Notes under the pieces: model-generated | What the model was told of the DNA's origin: nothing | What the model saw: the letters and a program-made list of their open reading frames with translations, nothing else | Databases searched by the model: none | Shown here: positions 31,408-40,314 of the stretch, in pieces | How positions within the stretch are numbered: position 1 is the first letter of the stretch | Layout: each line of letters opens with the position of its first letter | Made by a program: the position numbers and the translations under genes | DNA from: an uncultured Acidimicrobiia bacterium | GTDB lineage: Bacteria > Acidobacteriota > Terriglobia > Versatilivoradales > Versatilivoraceae | Direction: 5' to 3' | Length of the DNA stretch: 64,000 nt | NCBI GenBank assembly: GCA_963786955.1 | Contig: CAWBAT010000005.1 | Coordinates: 672,001 to 736,000, forward strand

Positions 31408-31886
31408 TCGAGATTGCTTCAGAAGATGCAATTGTAAACATTTCAAGGCAGGGTCGCCTTGTTCAAGTTATGGTGAATCTGATTGTTATCGTGGGGCTGT
31501 GTATTTTTGGACTAGGCTGTAATGAGGGCAGTATAACTTGGTCGACTGAAGCATATTCTCCTGATGGGGTCTGGCATGCGACTGCCCATACTCGCCAATG
31601 GGGAGGCCCCGGGACAGCTTTTGTAGAGACGACCGTGTACCTTGATCAAAGCAGGGTGAAAGGGCCTCCGACCCTTATACTAGCCTTTACTCATCAGTAT
31701 TCTAGTAGAATGTATCTGAAATTGGAATGGATCACAGCAAAGCACTTGGACGTCACTTATGGTTATGGTGAGAGCGGAAGACCTGGCGATCATGTTGATC
31801 TAATCTTCCAAGCAGTCAAGAACAATGGTGTTGAAATTACGGCGAGAGAGATTCCGAGTGGAACAAAAAAGGCCACAACTCAATAA
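31404..31886 (+). CDS. Putative immunity protein (lipoprotein-like) for cassette 1
   Basis: ATGA overlap with the toxin stop; hydrophobic stretch ending in GLGC, then SPDG. Confidence 0.7.
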   Translation: MIEIASEDAIVNISRQGRLVQVMVNLIVIVGLCIFGLGCNEGSITWSTEAYSPDGVWHATAHTRQWGGPGTAFVETTVYLDQSRVKGPPTLILAFTHQYSSRMYLKLEWITAKHLDVTYGYGESGRPGDHVDLIFQAVKNNGVEITAREIPSGTKKATTQ

Positions 31887-32213
31887 CGCCATTGCCAAAA
31901 ACTCTAGTCACACCCAACGACAAGGCCGTGGGGGTGTTGGGGCCAGCCCTCAAAAATCAAATTAGTTCAGTACACCCGGAAAAAGATCGGTGACCAGACC
32001 AAAGCCCTGTACGAATCCTTGTGTGAGACAGTACATCTTAGCTTGGGGCCACGAAACTGTCCCTGCAGCAAAATACAGGATGACACTCTCTTACCTCTTC
32101 ACGGACCAACACACTAGATTTGGATGTTTAGCTCGCGCCCGAGCACAAAAATTCACTAGCCACAAGGCTTCCTCGGGATCATTTCTGCTTGCATAAATCC
32201 CTTTCTAGATCAG

Positions 32214-32286
32214 GTCTTCGCGGCATTTGGCTCATGAAAGAGAAATGAGATAAAGGTGAACGGTGCCACACTCAAATAGGTTGAAT
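32214..32286 (+). repeat. Partial, degenerate leader copy
   Basis: gtcttcg..ctcatgaaagagaaatgag..cacactcaaataggttgaat. Confidence 0.7.
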
Positions 32287-32490
32287 CTTTACTGTAGGTC
32301 CTTTGATCAACATTTAGGGGACATCTGTCTCCCGTTAATTTCTCCTAGTTATTACTCAAGCTATTGTAAGTTGCAATCCCCTGCTGCCCAGACAGGGCGT
32401 TATAGTCTCTAATCATGGCTTGGTCAACTTGTCCATGCTGGTTCACTTGCTGTTGCTCGATTCCAAGTTGTCGGCGCCGTTGGAGCGCGC

Positions 32491-32712
32491 GTGGCGAAGA
32501 CATGCGCTCTTTGCATGTCTTCGAATCAGTTGACTCATGAAAGAGAAATGTGGGAAAAGAAGAATCGGGCATTGCCGCTCTTAAAAGTTTGAATTCTCGC
32601 CTTTCCTTAAAGCTTGGCATCTATCCTACTAAATAGAATAGTCTGTCATTCATTCCAATTCGCTCTTCCTTTTTCTTGTCGCAGAGAAAGGCGTAACCGG
32701 CAATCAGCCGCT
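32491..32712 (+). repeat. Rhs-cassette leader, copy B
   Basis: Same hairpin; 3' ~120 bp almost identical to copy A. Confidence 0.9.
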
Positions 32713-33164
32713 GCCACTCAAGACAATGGGCAGATTACCGAATTTATCGATTCGGTTGCCGGGCAGACAGTCGATTACACCTACGACAGTTTGAATCGTT
32801 TGATAGCGGCCAGCACGACCGGGTCCCAGTGGGGTTTGAGCTTCAGCTATGACGGATTTGGAAACCGTTTGAGCCAAACGGTAACGAAGGGATCTGCTCC
32901 GGCTAGCTCGCTCGCGATTAATCCAGCTACCAACCGGATCAGCTCGACCGGCTACGGGTACGATGCGAATGGCAACTTGACGACCATGCCGAGTGGCACT
33001 TCAAGCCTCACGCTCAGTTATGATGTGGAGAATCGGCTGGCACAGGCCAGTACCACATCAATGACCAATCGTTTCGGATATGATCTGGACAATCGTCAGG
33101 TCTATACCAACACAACTGGTTCGACAGTTGAATCCATTATCTTTTACGGAGCCTTTGGGGAACG
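32713..33164 (+). pseudogene. Truncated headless Rhs core, cassette 2 (near-copy of the cassette 1 core)
   Basis: ATQDNGQI..FYGAFGER, then abrupt switch to gactggggtcacatc. Confidence 0.85.
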
Positions 33165-33214
33165 GGACTGGGGTCACATCTTTCCTTTTTCCAAAAACGA
33201 GCGTGGAAGGGGCC

Positions 33215-33429
33215 GCGGGTGGCGAAGACATGCGCCCTTTGCATTTCTTCGAAGAAGCTGCATCATAAAAGAGGAATGAGAGAACAGAAAAAGCTGCCCC
33301 ACTAAAGAGATTGAAATCTCGCCTTAAAGCATGGCATCTATCCTAATTAATTGAATACTCTGTCATTCATTCCATTTCGCTTTTTCTTATGCTTGTCTCT
33401 GAGAATGGCATAACCGGCCATCATCTGTT
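33215..33429 (+). repeat. Rhs-cassette leader, copy C (diverged; in-frame stops)
   Basis: gcgggtggcgaagacatgcgccctttgcatttcttcg..ggcatctatccta..ctgtcattcattcc. Confidence 0.9.
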
Positions 33430-34854
33430 GCCACTCAAAACAACGGGCAGATCAGCCTGACGATTGACTCGGTATCAGGAGAGACTATTGATTACACCTA
33501 CGACAGCCTGAACCGGCTGATCACGAGCGCTACCCAGGGACCGCAGTGGGGCCTATCATTCAGCTATGATGGATTCGGGAACCGCTTGAGTCAGACGGTG
33601 ACGAAGGGATCCGGGCCGAGTAATAGTTTGATCGTCAACGCGGCCACGAATCGAATCGCTTCGTCCTATTATAGCTACGATTCCAATGGGAATCTTGTCA
33701 CCATGCCTTACGGGACCGGCTATACAACGCTGAGCTACGACATCGAGAATCGGCTGATCCAGGCCACAAATACAAACGGGACAGAAACATATGCTTACGG
33801 GCCGGATAACCGGAGGGTGTATCAGAAGATGGCCAGTGGGACGGAATTGGTGTTCTTTTACGGGGTCAATGGGGATCGATTGAGGACGTATCAGCTTCAG
33901 TGGATGAACGGCTTTTCTGTGACGAACACGAACATCTATTTTGCCGGAAGATTGATCTCTGCGAACAACGGACCCATCCGCCTTGACCGATTAGGCTCAG
34001 TTCGAAACTGGTCGCGCTACTACCCGTTTGGAGAAGAGCAAGGGTCTGGGTATATTCCAGAAAAGTTCGCCACCTACTACCGCGACACCTCGACCAGTCT
34101 CGACTACGCCATGAACCGGTACTACGGAAGCACCATGGGACGGTTCACGACGCCCGATCCGTATGGCGGAAGTGCTAATCTAGAGAATCCTCAGAGTTGG
34201 AATCGGTATGCGTATGTCAACAATGATCCAGTCAATAACAACGACCCTACAGGGCTCTTTCTCCCTGGAACCCCTTTTGATGATTCATTGAGTTATTTCG
34301 AGTTGTGGTGGGTATATAACAACCCTATGAGTCGCCAATTTGCATTTCCCGGAGGCGGATCTCAGCCACCTCCACGTCTTTTCAAAGATCTTCTTGTATA
34401 TGGTGCTGCCAACTTAATTTACAAGAAAAAATGTGGAGACTTCTTGGTGAGCGTAGGGCAGAAGGCCTTTTTGGATGTAGTCGGCAAGTCGAGTGTTAAT
34501 GAATTAAATTCTGCCGAGCGAACATACTATGATGCCATCACTACGACCAACCTCAAGGGACGGCTTCAGGGTGCGTCATTCTATGATAAGCATCGCCCAG
34601 AAGAGGATCAGTATAAGAACATCGTTCGTGCTCGCTCTGACTACGGTATCGATGGAACCGGTCAGTCTATATCTTTCTTCGACGCGTTCATTGGACAAAG
34701 TACCACAGAACAGTCCCAAATAGTAGTACATGAGAGTATGCATTTGATCAACGCCGTAAGCGACTCCAATCTAGCAAGGGGCGCCGGCGTCTATAAGGGG
34801 GATAAAAGTGCATCGGAAGATTTTCAAACAGAACTTAAAAAGCATTGCAAATAA
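33430..34854 (+). CDS. Headless Rhs core plus HExxH metallopeptidase-like toxin, cassette 3
   Basis: Frame reads ATQNNGQISLTIDSVSGETIDYTYDSLNRL from 33430; PVNNNDPTGL (34243); VVHESMH (34729). Confidence 0.85.
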   Translation, partial: ATQNNGQISLTIDSVSGETIDYTYDSLNRLITSATQGPQWGLSFSYDGFGNRLSQTVTKGSGPSNSLIVNAATNRIASSYYSYDSNGNLVTMPYGTGYTTLSYDIENRLIQATNTNGTETYAYGPDNRRVYQKMASGTELVFFYGVNGDRLRTYQLQWMNGFSVTNTNIYFAGRLISANNGPIRLDRLGSVRNWSRYYPFGEEQGSGYIPEKFATYYRDTSTSLDYAMNRYYGSTMGRFTTPDPYGGSANLENPQSWNRYAYVNNDPVNNNDPTGLFLPGTPFDDSLSYFELWWVYNNPMSRQFAFPGGGSQPPPRLFKDLLVYGAANLIYKKKCGDFLVSVGQKAFLDVVGKSSVNELNSAERTYYDAITTTNLKGRLQGASFYDKHRPEEDQYKNIVRARSDYGIDGTGQSISFFDAFIGQSTTEQSQIVVHESMHLINAVSDSNLARGAGVYKGDKSASEDFQTELKKHCK

Positions 34855-35272
34855 ACTTTTCTTATTTTCCAGCTTCGTCATATTGGCATTCGCAGTATCC
34901 GTACAAGGTCAGGTTGAAGAACCTTTGAGGGTTTCTTACTTCATTTCACCTGAATATCCGCGTCTAGCGAGACAGGCCATGATGTCAGGCGACGTCGTGC
35001 TGACAGTGACAGTTGATGCCACAGGCACACCTAAAGATATCGTTTTCAAGGCTCCGTACCCATTGCTGGGCGAATATGCCAAGGAAGCTGTTTCCAAATG
35101 GCGATTTAATCCTGTTTCTCCTCCTTCTACACGTAAGGGATTCGTTTTCATCCACTACAGTTTTTCCGGCACGACTCGTGACTGTGACCCCAGCACAGTA
35201 GTGGCTGCCGACTTAGAAAATCTGCGGGTAATTGTAACTGTCGATCCGCGCCGTCCTTCTGACTCGGAATGA
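34808..35272 (+). CDS. TonB C-terminal domain protein in the immunity-gene position
   Basis: Signal-like N-terminus; PEYPRLARQAMMSGDVVLTVTVDATG..EAVSKWRFNP; start uncertain. Confidence 0.75.
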   Translation: MHRKIFKQNLKSIANKLFLFSSFVILAFAVSVQGQVEEPLRVSYFISPEYPRLARQAMMSGDVVLTVTVDATGTPKDIVFKAPYPLLGEYAKEAVSKWRFNPVSPPSTRKGFVFIHYSFSGTTRDCDPSTVVAADLENLRVIVTVDPRRPSDSE

Positions 35273-35458
35273 CCGAGAGGCGTTTCCAGCATCAAGGAGA
35301 TTTCACAAGAGTCAAAAGAGATTTGAAGTCAATTTCGGGGTTAATTATTCAGCATCTTATATAGTAAAGCTCAGTGCAATCGAGCCATTTTGGAGAATTA
35401 AGGATGACAACTACTTTTATCTTATTTTTTCTGCGATTACTACTCCTTGGCGGTACCA

Positions 35459-35597
35459 AAGCGAGGTCGGACCAAGCAAGATCCTTGTTGGATGCGGAAC
35501 GGGTGTGATTTTAGAGGTATTTTTCGGCCTTAGAAATTCTTTTTTGGGTGCAAAAACGGGCTTTTAACAAAATGTCTCTGCGCGGAGCAGCATAAGC
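35459..35597 (+). repeat. ~138-bp direct repeat, copy 1
   Basis: ggtcggaccaagcaagatcc..cgcggagcagcataagc recurs 420 bp downstream. Confidence 0.9.
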
Positions 35598-35615
35598 TTA
35601 AGAGAGGCTCACACG

Positions 35616-35875
35616 GCGGGTAGCGAAGATATGCGTCGTTTGCATGTCTTTGAAGAAGCTGACTCATGACAGAAAAATGAGAGAACAGAAAAGGCTGCCA
35701 CACTCAAGAGATTGAATTTCCGCCGTAAAGCTTGCCATCTTCCCTAATTGATTGAATACACTGTCATTCATACCAGTTCTCTTCTCCTTATTCTTGGCTC
35801 TGAGAAAGTTAAAACGAGCAATCAGCCGCTGCCACTCAAAACAACGGGCAGATCAGCCAATCGATTGACTCGGTG
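35616..35875 (+). repeat. Rhs-cassette leader, copy D, plus a 15-codon Rhs stub
   Basis: Degenerate hairpin and conserved leader, then ATQNNGQISQSIDSV from 35831. Confidence 0.85.
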
Positions 35876-35878
35876 CAC

Positions 35879-36017
35879 AAGCGGGGTCGGACCAAGCAAG
35901 ATCCTTGCTGGATGCGGAAGAGGTGTACTTTTAGAGGTATTTTTCGGCCTTAGAAGTCCTTTTTGGGCCGCTAAAACGGGCTTTTAACAAAATGTCTCTG
36001 CGCGGAGCAGCATAAGC
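35879..36017 (+). repeat. ~138-bp direct repeat, copy 2
   Basis: Aligns to 35459-35597 with scattered substitutions. Confidence 0.9.
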
Positions 36018-36229
36018 CGGGTGGCGAAGACATGCGTCCTTTGCATGTCTTCGAGGCAGTTGGTTCATGAAAGAGAAATGAGAGGATAGAGAATAGCACG
36101 GCACATGAAAGATATAATCTTTGCAAAAAGTTTCATGATCAATGTTCAGCGGTAGAATGTTCACCCGTTACTATTGTTTTGCTTTACCAATTGAATCGAA
36201 GACATCGCAAAACGATGTCTTCGCCACCC
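36018..36229. repeat. REPIN/MITE-like element bounded by two inverted copies of the leader hairpin
   Basis: gggtggcgaagacatgcgtcctttgcatgtcttcga ... tcgaagacatcgcaaaacgatgtcttcgccaccc. Confidence 0.75.
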
Positions 36230-36249
36230 ACGAAAAGTGGGGTCGGGAC

Positions 36250-36502
36250 GAACAGGTCGTTCCTGACGGAGCTAAGAAATCTTCAACGACACTCCGTTCT
36301 ATAAACAGGTCGCCGCGCTGCGGCTTCGCCTAGAATGACAACAGCCGCGGACCCACATATCGGGTCCGCGCTACGCTAGGGAAAAGCCACAGAGTCAAAA
36401 TCAGCTCTGCGATTCCCACTACGTGCTGGCTCCGTAGGAGCCTCCGGTCTATAGTAACCAGGAGCCACTGGTCTTGAAAGCTCCAGAGGAGCGGCCTGTA
36501 GG
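36250..36502. repeat. Cluster of other REP-like palindromes
   Basis: acaggtcgttcctgacggagc, ctataaacaggtcg, gcggaccc..gggtccgcgctac, gctccgtaggagc, gctccagaggagcggcctgt. Confidence 0.55.
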
Positions 36503-36541
36503 CTCAGATCCAACTTCTCAATGCATTTCCCTAAAAGCAAG

Positions 36542-37350
36542 AGCACGACCGGGTCCCAGTGGGGTTTGAGCTTCAGCTATGATGGTTTTGGAAACCGTTT
36601 GAGCCAAACGGTAACGAAGGGATCTGCTCCGGCTAGCTCGCTCGCGATTAATCCAGCTACCAACCGGATCAGCTCGACCGGCTACGGGTACGATGCGAAT
36701 GGCAACTTGACGACCATGCCGAGTGGCACTTCAAGCCTCACGCTCAGTTATGATGTGGAGAATCGGCTGGCACAGGCCAGTACCACATCAATGACCAATC
36801 GTTTCGGATATGATCTGGACAATCGTCAGGTCTATACCAACACAACTGGTTCGACAGTTGAATCCATTATCTTTTACGGAGCCTTTGGGGAACGGGACTG
36901 GGGTCACATCTTTCCTTTTTCCAAAAACGAGCGTGGAAGGGGCCGCGGGTGGCGAAGACATGCGCCCTTTGCATTTCTTCGAAGAAGCTGCATCATAAAA
37001 GAGGAATGAGAGAACAGAAAAAGCTGCCCCACTAAAGAGATTGAAATCTCGCCTTAAAGCATGGCATCTATCCTAATTAATTGAATACTCTGTCATTCAT
37101 TCCATTTCGCTTTTTCTTATGCTTGTCTCTGAGAATGGCATAACCGGCCATCATCTGTTGCCACTCAAAACAACGGGCAGATCAGCCTGACGATTGACTC
37201 GGTATCAGGAGAGACTATTGATTACACCTACGACAGCCTGAACCGGCTGATCACGAGCGCTACCCAGGGACCGCAGTGGGGCCTATCATTCAGCTATGAT
37301 GGATTCGGGAACCGCTTGAGTCAGACGGTGACGAAGGGATCCGGGCCGAG
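36542..37350 (+). repeat. ~810-bp near-exact duplication of 32812-33620 (Rhs fragment, leader copy F at 36945-37159, start of the next core)
   Basis: Constant 3730-bp offset; identical junction gaacgggactggggtcacatc. Confidence 0.9.
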
Positions 37351-37430
37351 CAACAGTTTGAGCGTCAACACTGCCACGAATCGAATCAAAATGAGCGGGT
37401 ATTCCTACTTTCCCAATGGAAATCTAGTTC
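37160..37430 (+). pseudogene. Truncated headless Rhs core, cassette 5
   Basis: ATQNNGQISLT..KGSGPS, then diverges from cassette 3 (NSLSVNTATNRIKMSGYSYFPNGNLV) and ends. Confidence 0.8.
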
Positions 37431-37486
37431 CGCCAATCCCCTTCGCCAGTACTGACGATCAAGTTACCAACTTCGCCCACGCAAGA

Positions 37487-38602
37487 CTAGAAGGTCACCT
37501 GCACAAAGCGGAACAAACCTAATCCAATGAGTCCGACCGAGAGTAGACGGAAAAGCTGTTGGGAATTAGGATGCGCGCTGAGCCGCCTCAAAATGGCGAA
37601 TGTCAGAAAGCTCACTAAAGCCATCACAATCGCCAAACCCAATTGAAAAGACAGTAATGAAAGAATCATCCCTTTTCTGGGATAGCCAATGCTCCGAGCC
37701 AGATCTGAATAGCTCAGTCCATAGATAATGCCCAGAAAACCCGCAATAGCCCCTCGATATCGGATCTTCTTGATGAGCACATTTTCAGCTGCAACATAGG
37801 CGACGCTCAATGGAATTGCTGAATGGACAAATCGAACCGACAAGATTGGCCCGTGCCAGGTGTCGTAGGAGAATGCGGCCGCTTGACCCAAAAAGGACAT
37901 CGCCACGACGATCCCTAGGCCTCCCCAAGTGGGTTCTATCAAGATCAATCCCAGGAGGAAGGCCGCAGATTCGGGAGTCGAAAAGTACTCTTTGATTGAA
38001 TAAGTGCATGATCGCCATGCCAGCTTGAAGTAGCTTCTCGTTTCCCGTCGCAGTTCGACTCGGCCCTCCGGCGTCTCCAAGTTGAAATAGCGTTGCTCCT
38101 CAACACCATCGTAATGAATGCGGGCAAGGTCCCAATGCCCTGAATCAGTGAGCGAATGCAGTGTTACCCGAAAAACAACATCCTCCAAAGGTCTTTAAAT
38201 GCATAAATCAGGTGGCAACGGAGCTCCCCTTTCTGGGGGTTGAAATTCACTTCTGCCAATCCTTCCCTGTCCTCCCTCTCCACTTCCAAAGATCCGAAAC
38301 TGTTCCAATAGCTGTGGTGCAATTAACCGAATCTCGGCTAGAACTTCCTCCTCCGTGATGAGCAAGTCGTTATTGCGATCGAACTGCCGCGCAAACTTTA
38401 GTTCGCGCAAATTGAATTGAAGCCAGACTGCAATTTCCTGCTTTCCAATTTCGATCTCTGCATAACTGACACCCGTCATATGCGCAGCGGACGACAGCGT
38501 AAAGAGAGGAATCAGGAGGCAAATCCAGACGAGGAAGGCGGCCCTTCGACCCTTCAGGCTCTTGAGGAAAGCGGAGGGATGAAGATCAATCCATATCATC
38601 AC
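37487..38602 (-). CDS. HupE/UreJ-like membrane protein (frameshifted)
   Basis: Signal ending AAH, soluble domain, then multiple TM helices (IPLSVAYVAAENV, GIIYGLSY); ORFs 38195-38602 and 37487-38188. Confidence 0.55.
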
Positions 38603-38734
38603 TGGGAATGATAAGAACGCTTTGGATGTGGTGAAAAAACGATTTCGATTCGAGTTAAAGGGGCCGCTGTGGTCTTTCCCGATGAAGGCCGAATTGGTGA
38701 ACCCATCAGTCCAGCAGATTGGTGCCCACCAGAT

Positions 38735-39519
38735 TCACGGTTGGCTCCGATCTCGAATAGCAGCCATCATCGAGTCGTGAATCAATCCGTTACTGGCGAG
38801 AAGTTCATCTCCATAGATCGAATAGTCCCTTCCCATGGAAATCCGTAACGGTCCCGCCTGCTTCGAGCACGATCAGGAACCCAGCTGCAGAATCCCAAGG
38901 CTTCAGTTTCCGTTCCCAAAATCCATCGGTACGGCCCATCGCCAAGTAGCACAGGTCCAGCGCCGCAGATCCATCACGCCGGACTCCTTGGGCTGTTTTC
39001 ATGAAACTCGTGAAATAGCTCATGGCATCTTCGAGATTTTTGAAAAGCTCATAGGGGAAACCCGTGGAAATTAATGCCTGCCGAAGTTTGTCCACTTGAG
39101 AAACTTGAATTTTTCTGCCATTTAGATAGGCTCCATTCCCCTTTTCCGCGACAAATAGTTCTTCGCTCACAGGATTGTAGATGACCCCCACGATGAGCTG
39201 CCCGTTCTGCTCCAAAGCCACCGAAACACCAAAAAGAGGATAATCATGCGCATAGTTGGTCGTCCCATCCAGGGGATCGATAACCCATCTGAAACTCCTC
39301 GGATCGCTGTATTTCCGTGCCCTCTTCAGCAAGGATAGAATGATGCGGAAATCGCGAATTAAGCCATTCCACAATTAACTTTTCCGAGCGTTTATCGACT
39401 TGAGTCACAAGATCAATCTCAGCTTTGTACTCGATTTCTTTGGCTTTTCCGTAATATTGCCTGAGAACATCTCCTCCTATTTTGGCGGCTTCAACAGCGA
39501 CTTCAAGGTAGTCTCGCAT
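38735..39519 (-). CDS. suhB: Inositol monophosphatase family protein (frameshifted)
   Basis: DLVTQVD, ILAEE, WVIDPLDGTTNY, GSAALDL, KPWDSAAG. Confidence 0.9.
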
Positions 39520-39793
39520 TCACTTTCCCCATCTCTTTGGACTCAATACTGAAGAGCGAAACATTACCACAATCCAAAAGCTTTTTGATGTATAATATGG
39601 TGGAGCTTGTAATAGAGGAAAAGTGGCGGAATTTTCGAGCATTCCGGATACGGGCTGTACCGTTTCTTGAATCCTTCAGGGCAGTCAATTCATCATCATT
39701 TCCTGATCCCGTACCGTCTTCAAGTTTCTCCTGGTCGAAATTGACCGTAACATTTTGATTCATTAGCAGTGTCTTCTCTTTGGAGAGACCGTA

Positions 39794-40198
39794 ATGCAAC
39801 GATTCTTCCTGAGCGTGGTGGTTTTTCTTGGGTCATGCTTGATTTTAGTCTCGTCTCCGCTCTTCATCAAGTCTGCGCCCCAGGATCAGCCATTTTCTGC
39901 AATAAGAGATCAGGCAAAAAGTCCATTCCAGAAAAAGCTCCACCAATCGGAGTCCGGTCGCCCGCAATCAGCTGTTGCCCAAGGGGGGCAAGTTGGAAAA
40001 GCCGTCCTCATCCTGGAGACGCGAGACAACCGAATCACGGTTTACTGCGGCGAGAATTCCCTGCTTTACACGGTGAGCACTGGAGGGGGTGCCATTTTGG
40101 CTGAAAGGCTCAAAGGATCGGACTTAAAAGACCGCTTCCCTGAACTCTACGACATTGTCACGGGAACGGCCTGGGCTGGTGAAATACACACGCCTTAA
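39794..40198 (+). CDS. Hypothetical secreted protein
   Basis: 134-aa ORF with N-terminal hydrophobic segment. Confidence 0.55.
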   Translation: MQRFFLSVVVFLGSCLILVSSPLFIKSAPQDQPFSAIRDQAKSPFQKKLHQSESGRPQSAVAQGGQVGKAVLILETRDNRITVYCGENSLLYTVSTGGGAILAERLKGSDLKDRFPELYDIVTGTAWAGEIHTP

Positions 40199-40314
40199 TG
40201 TCGCTCAATGACGGTGGCGGAATTCTGTAAGGTTCAATCGTTTCTCTGGATTTTCAGATACCCATTCCCCGCCCTTTCATTGAAAACCATCTTAGGACCT
40301 AGTGGAGAAATTTT

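Noticed and set aside
33331-33429. In-frame TGA codons in leader C (AGA in copies A/B) as selenocysteine read-through giving the Rhs an N-terminus, given selC nearby
   Set aside because: The TGAs align with Arg rather than Cys, copy D also has a TAA, and no SECIS is evident; the leader is better treated as non-coding.
29202-37160. Leader repeats as a CRISPR array or integron attC sites
   Set aside because: Spacing is hundreds to thousands of bp and irregular, there is no cas or intI gene, and no RYYYAAC..GTTRRRY-bounded palindrome is conserved across copies.
29959-37430. Diversity-generating retroelement (template/variable repeats)
   Set aside because: Differences between core copies are not adenine-specific, and no reverse transcriptase is present.
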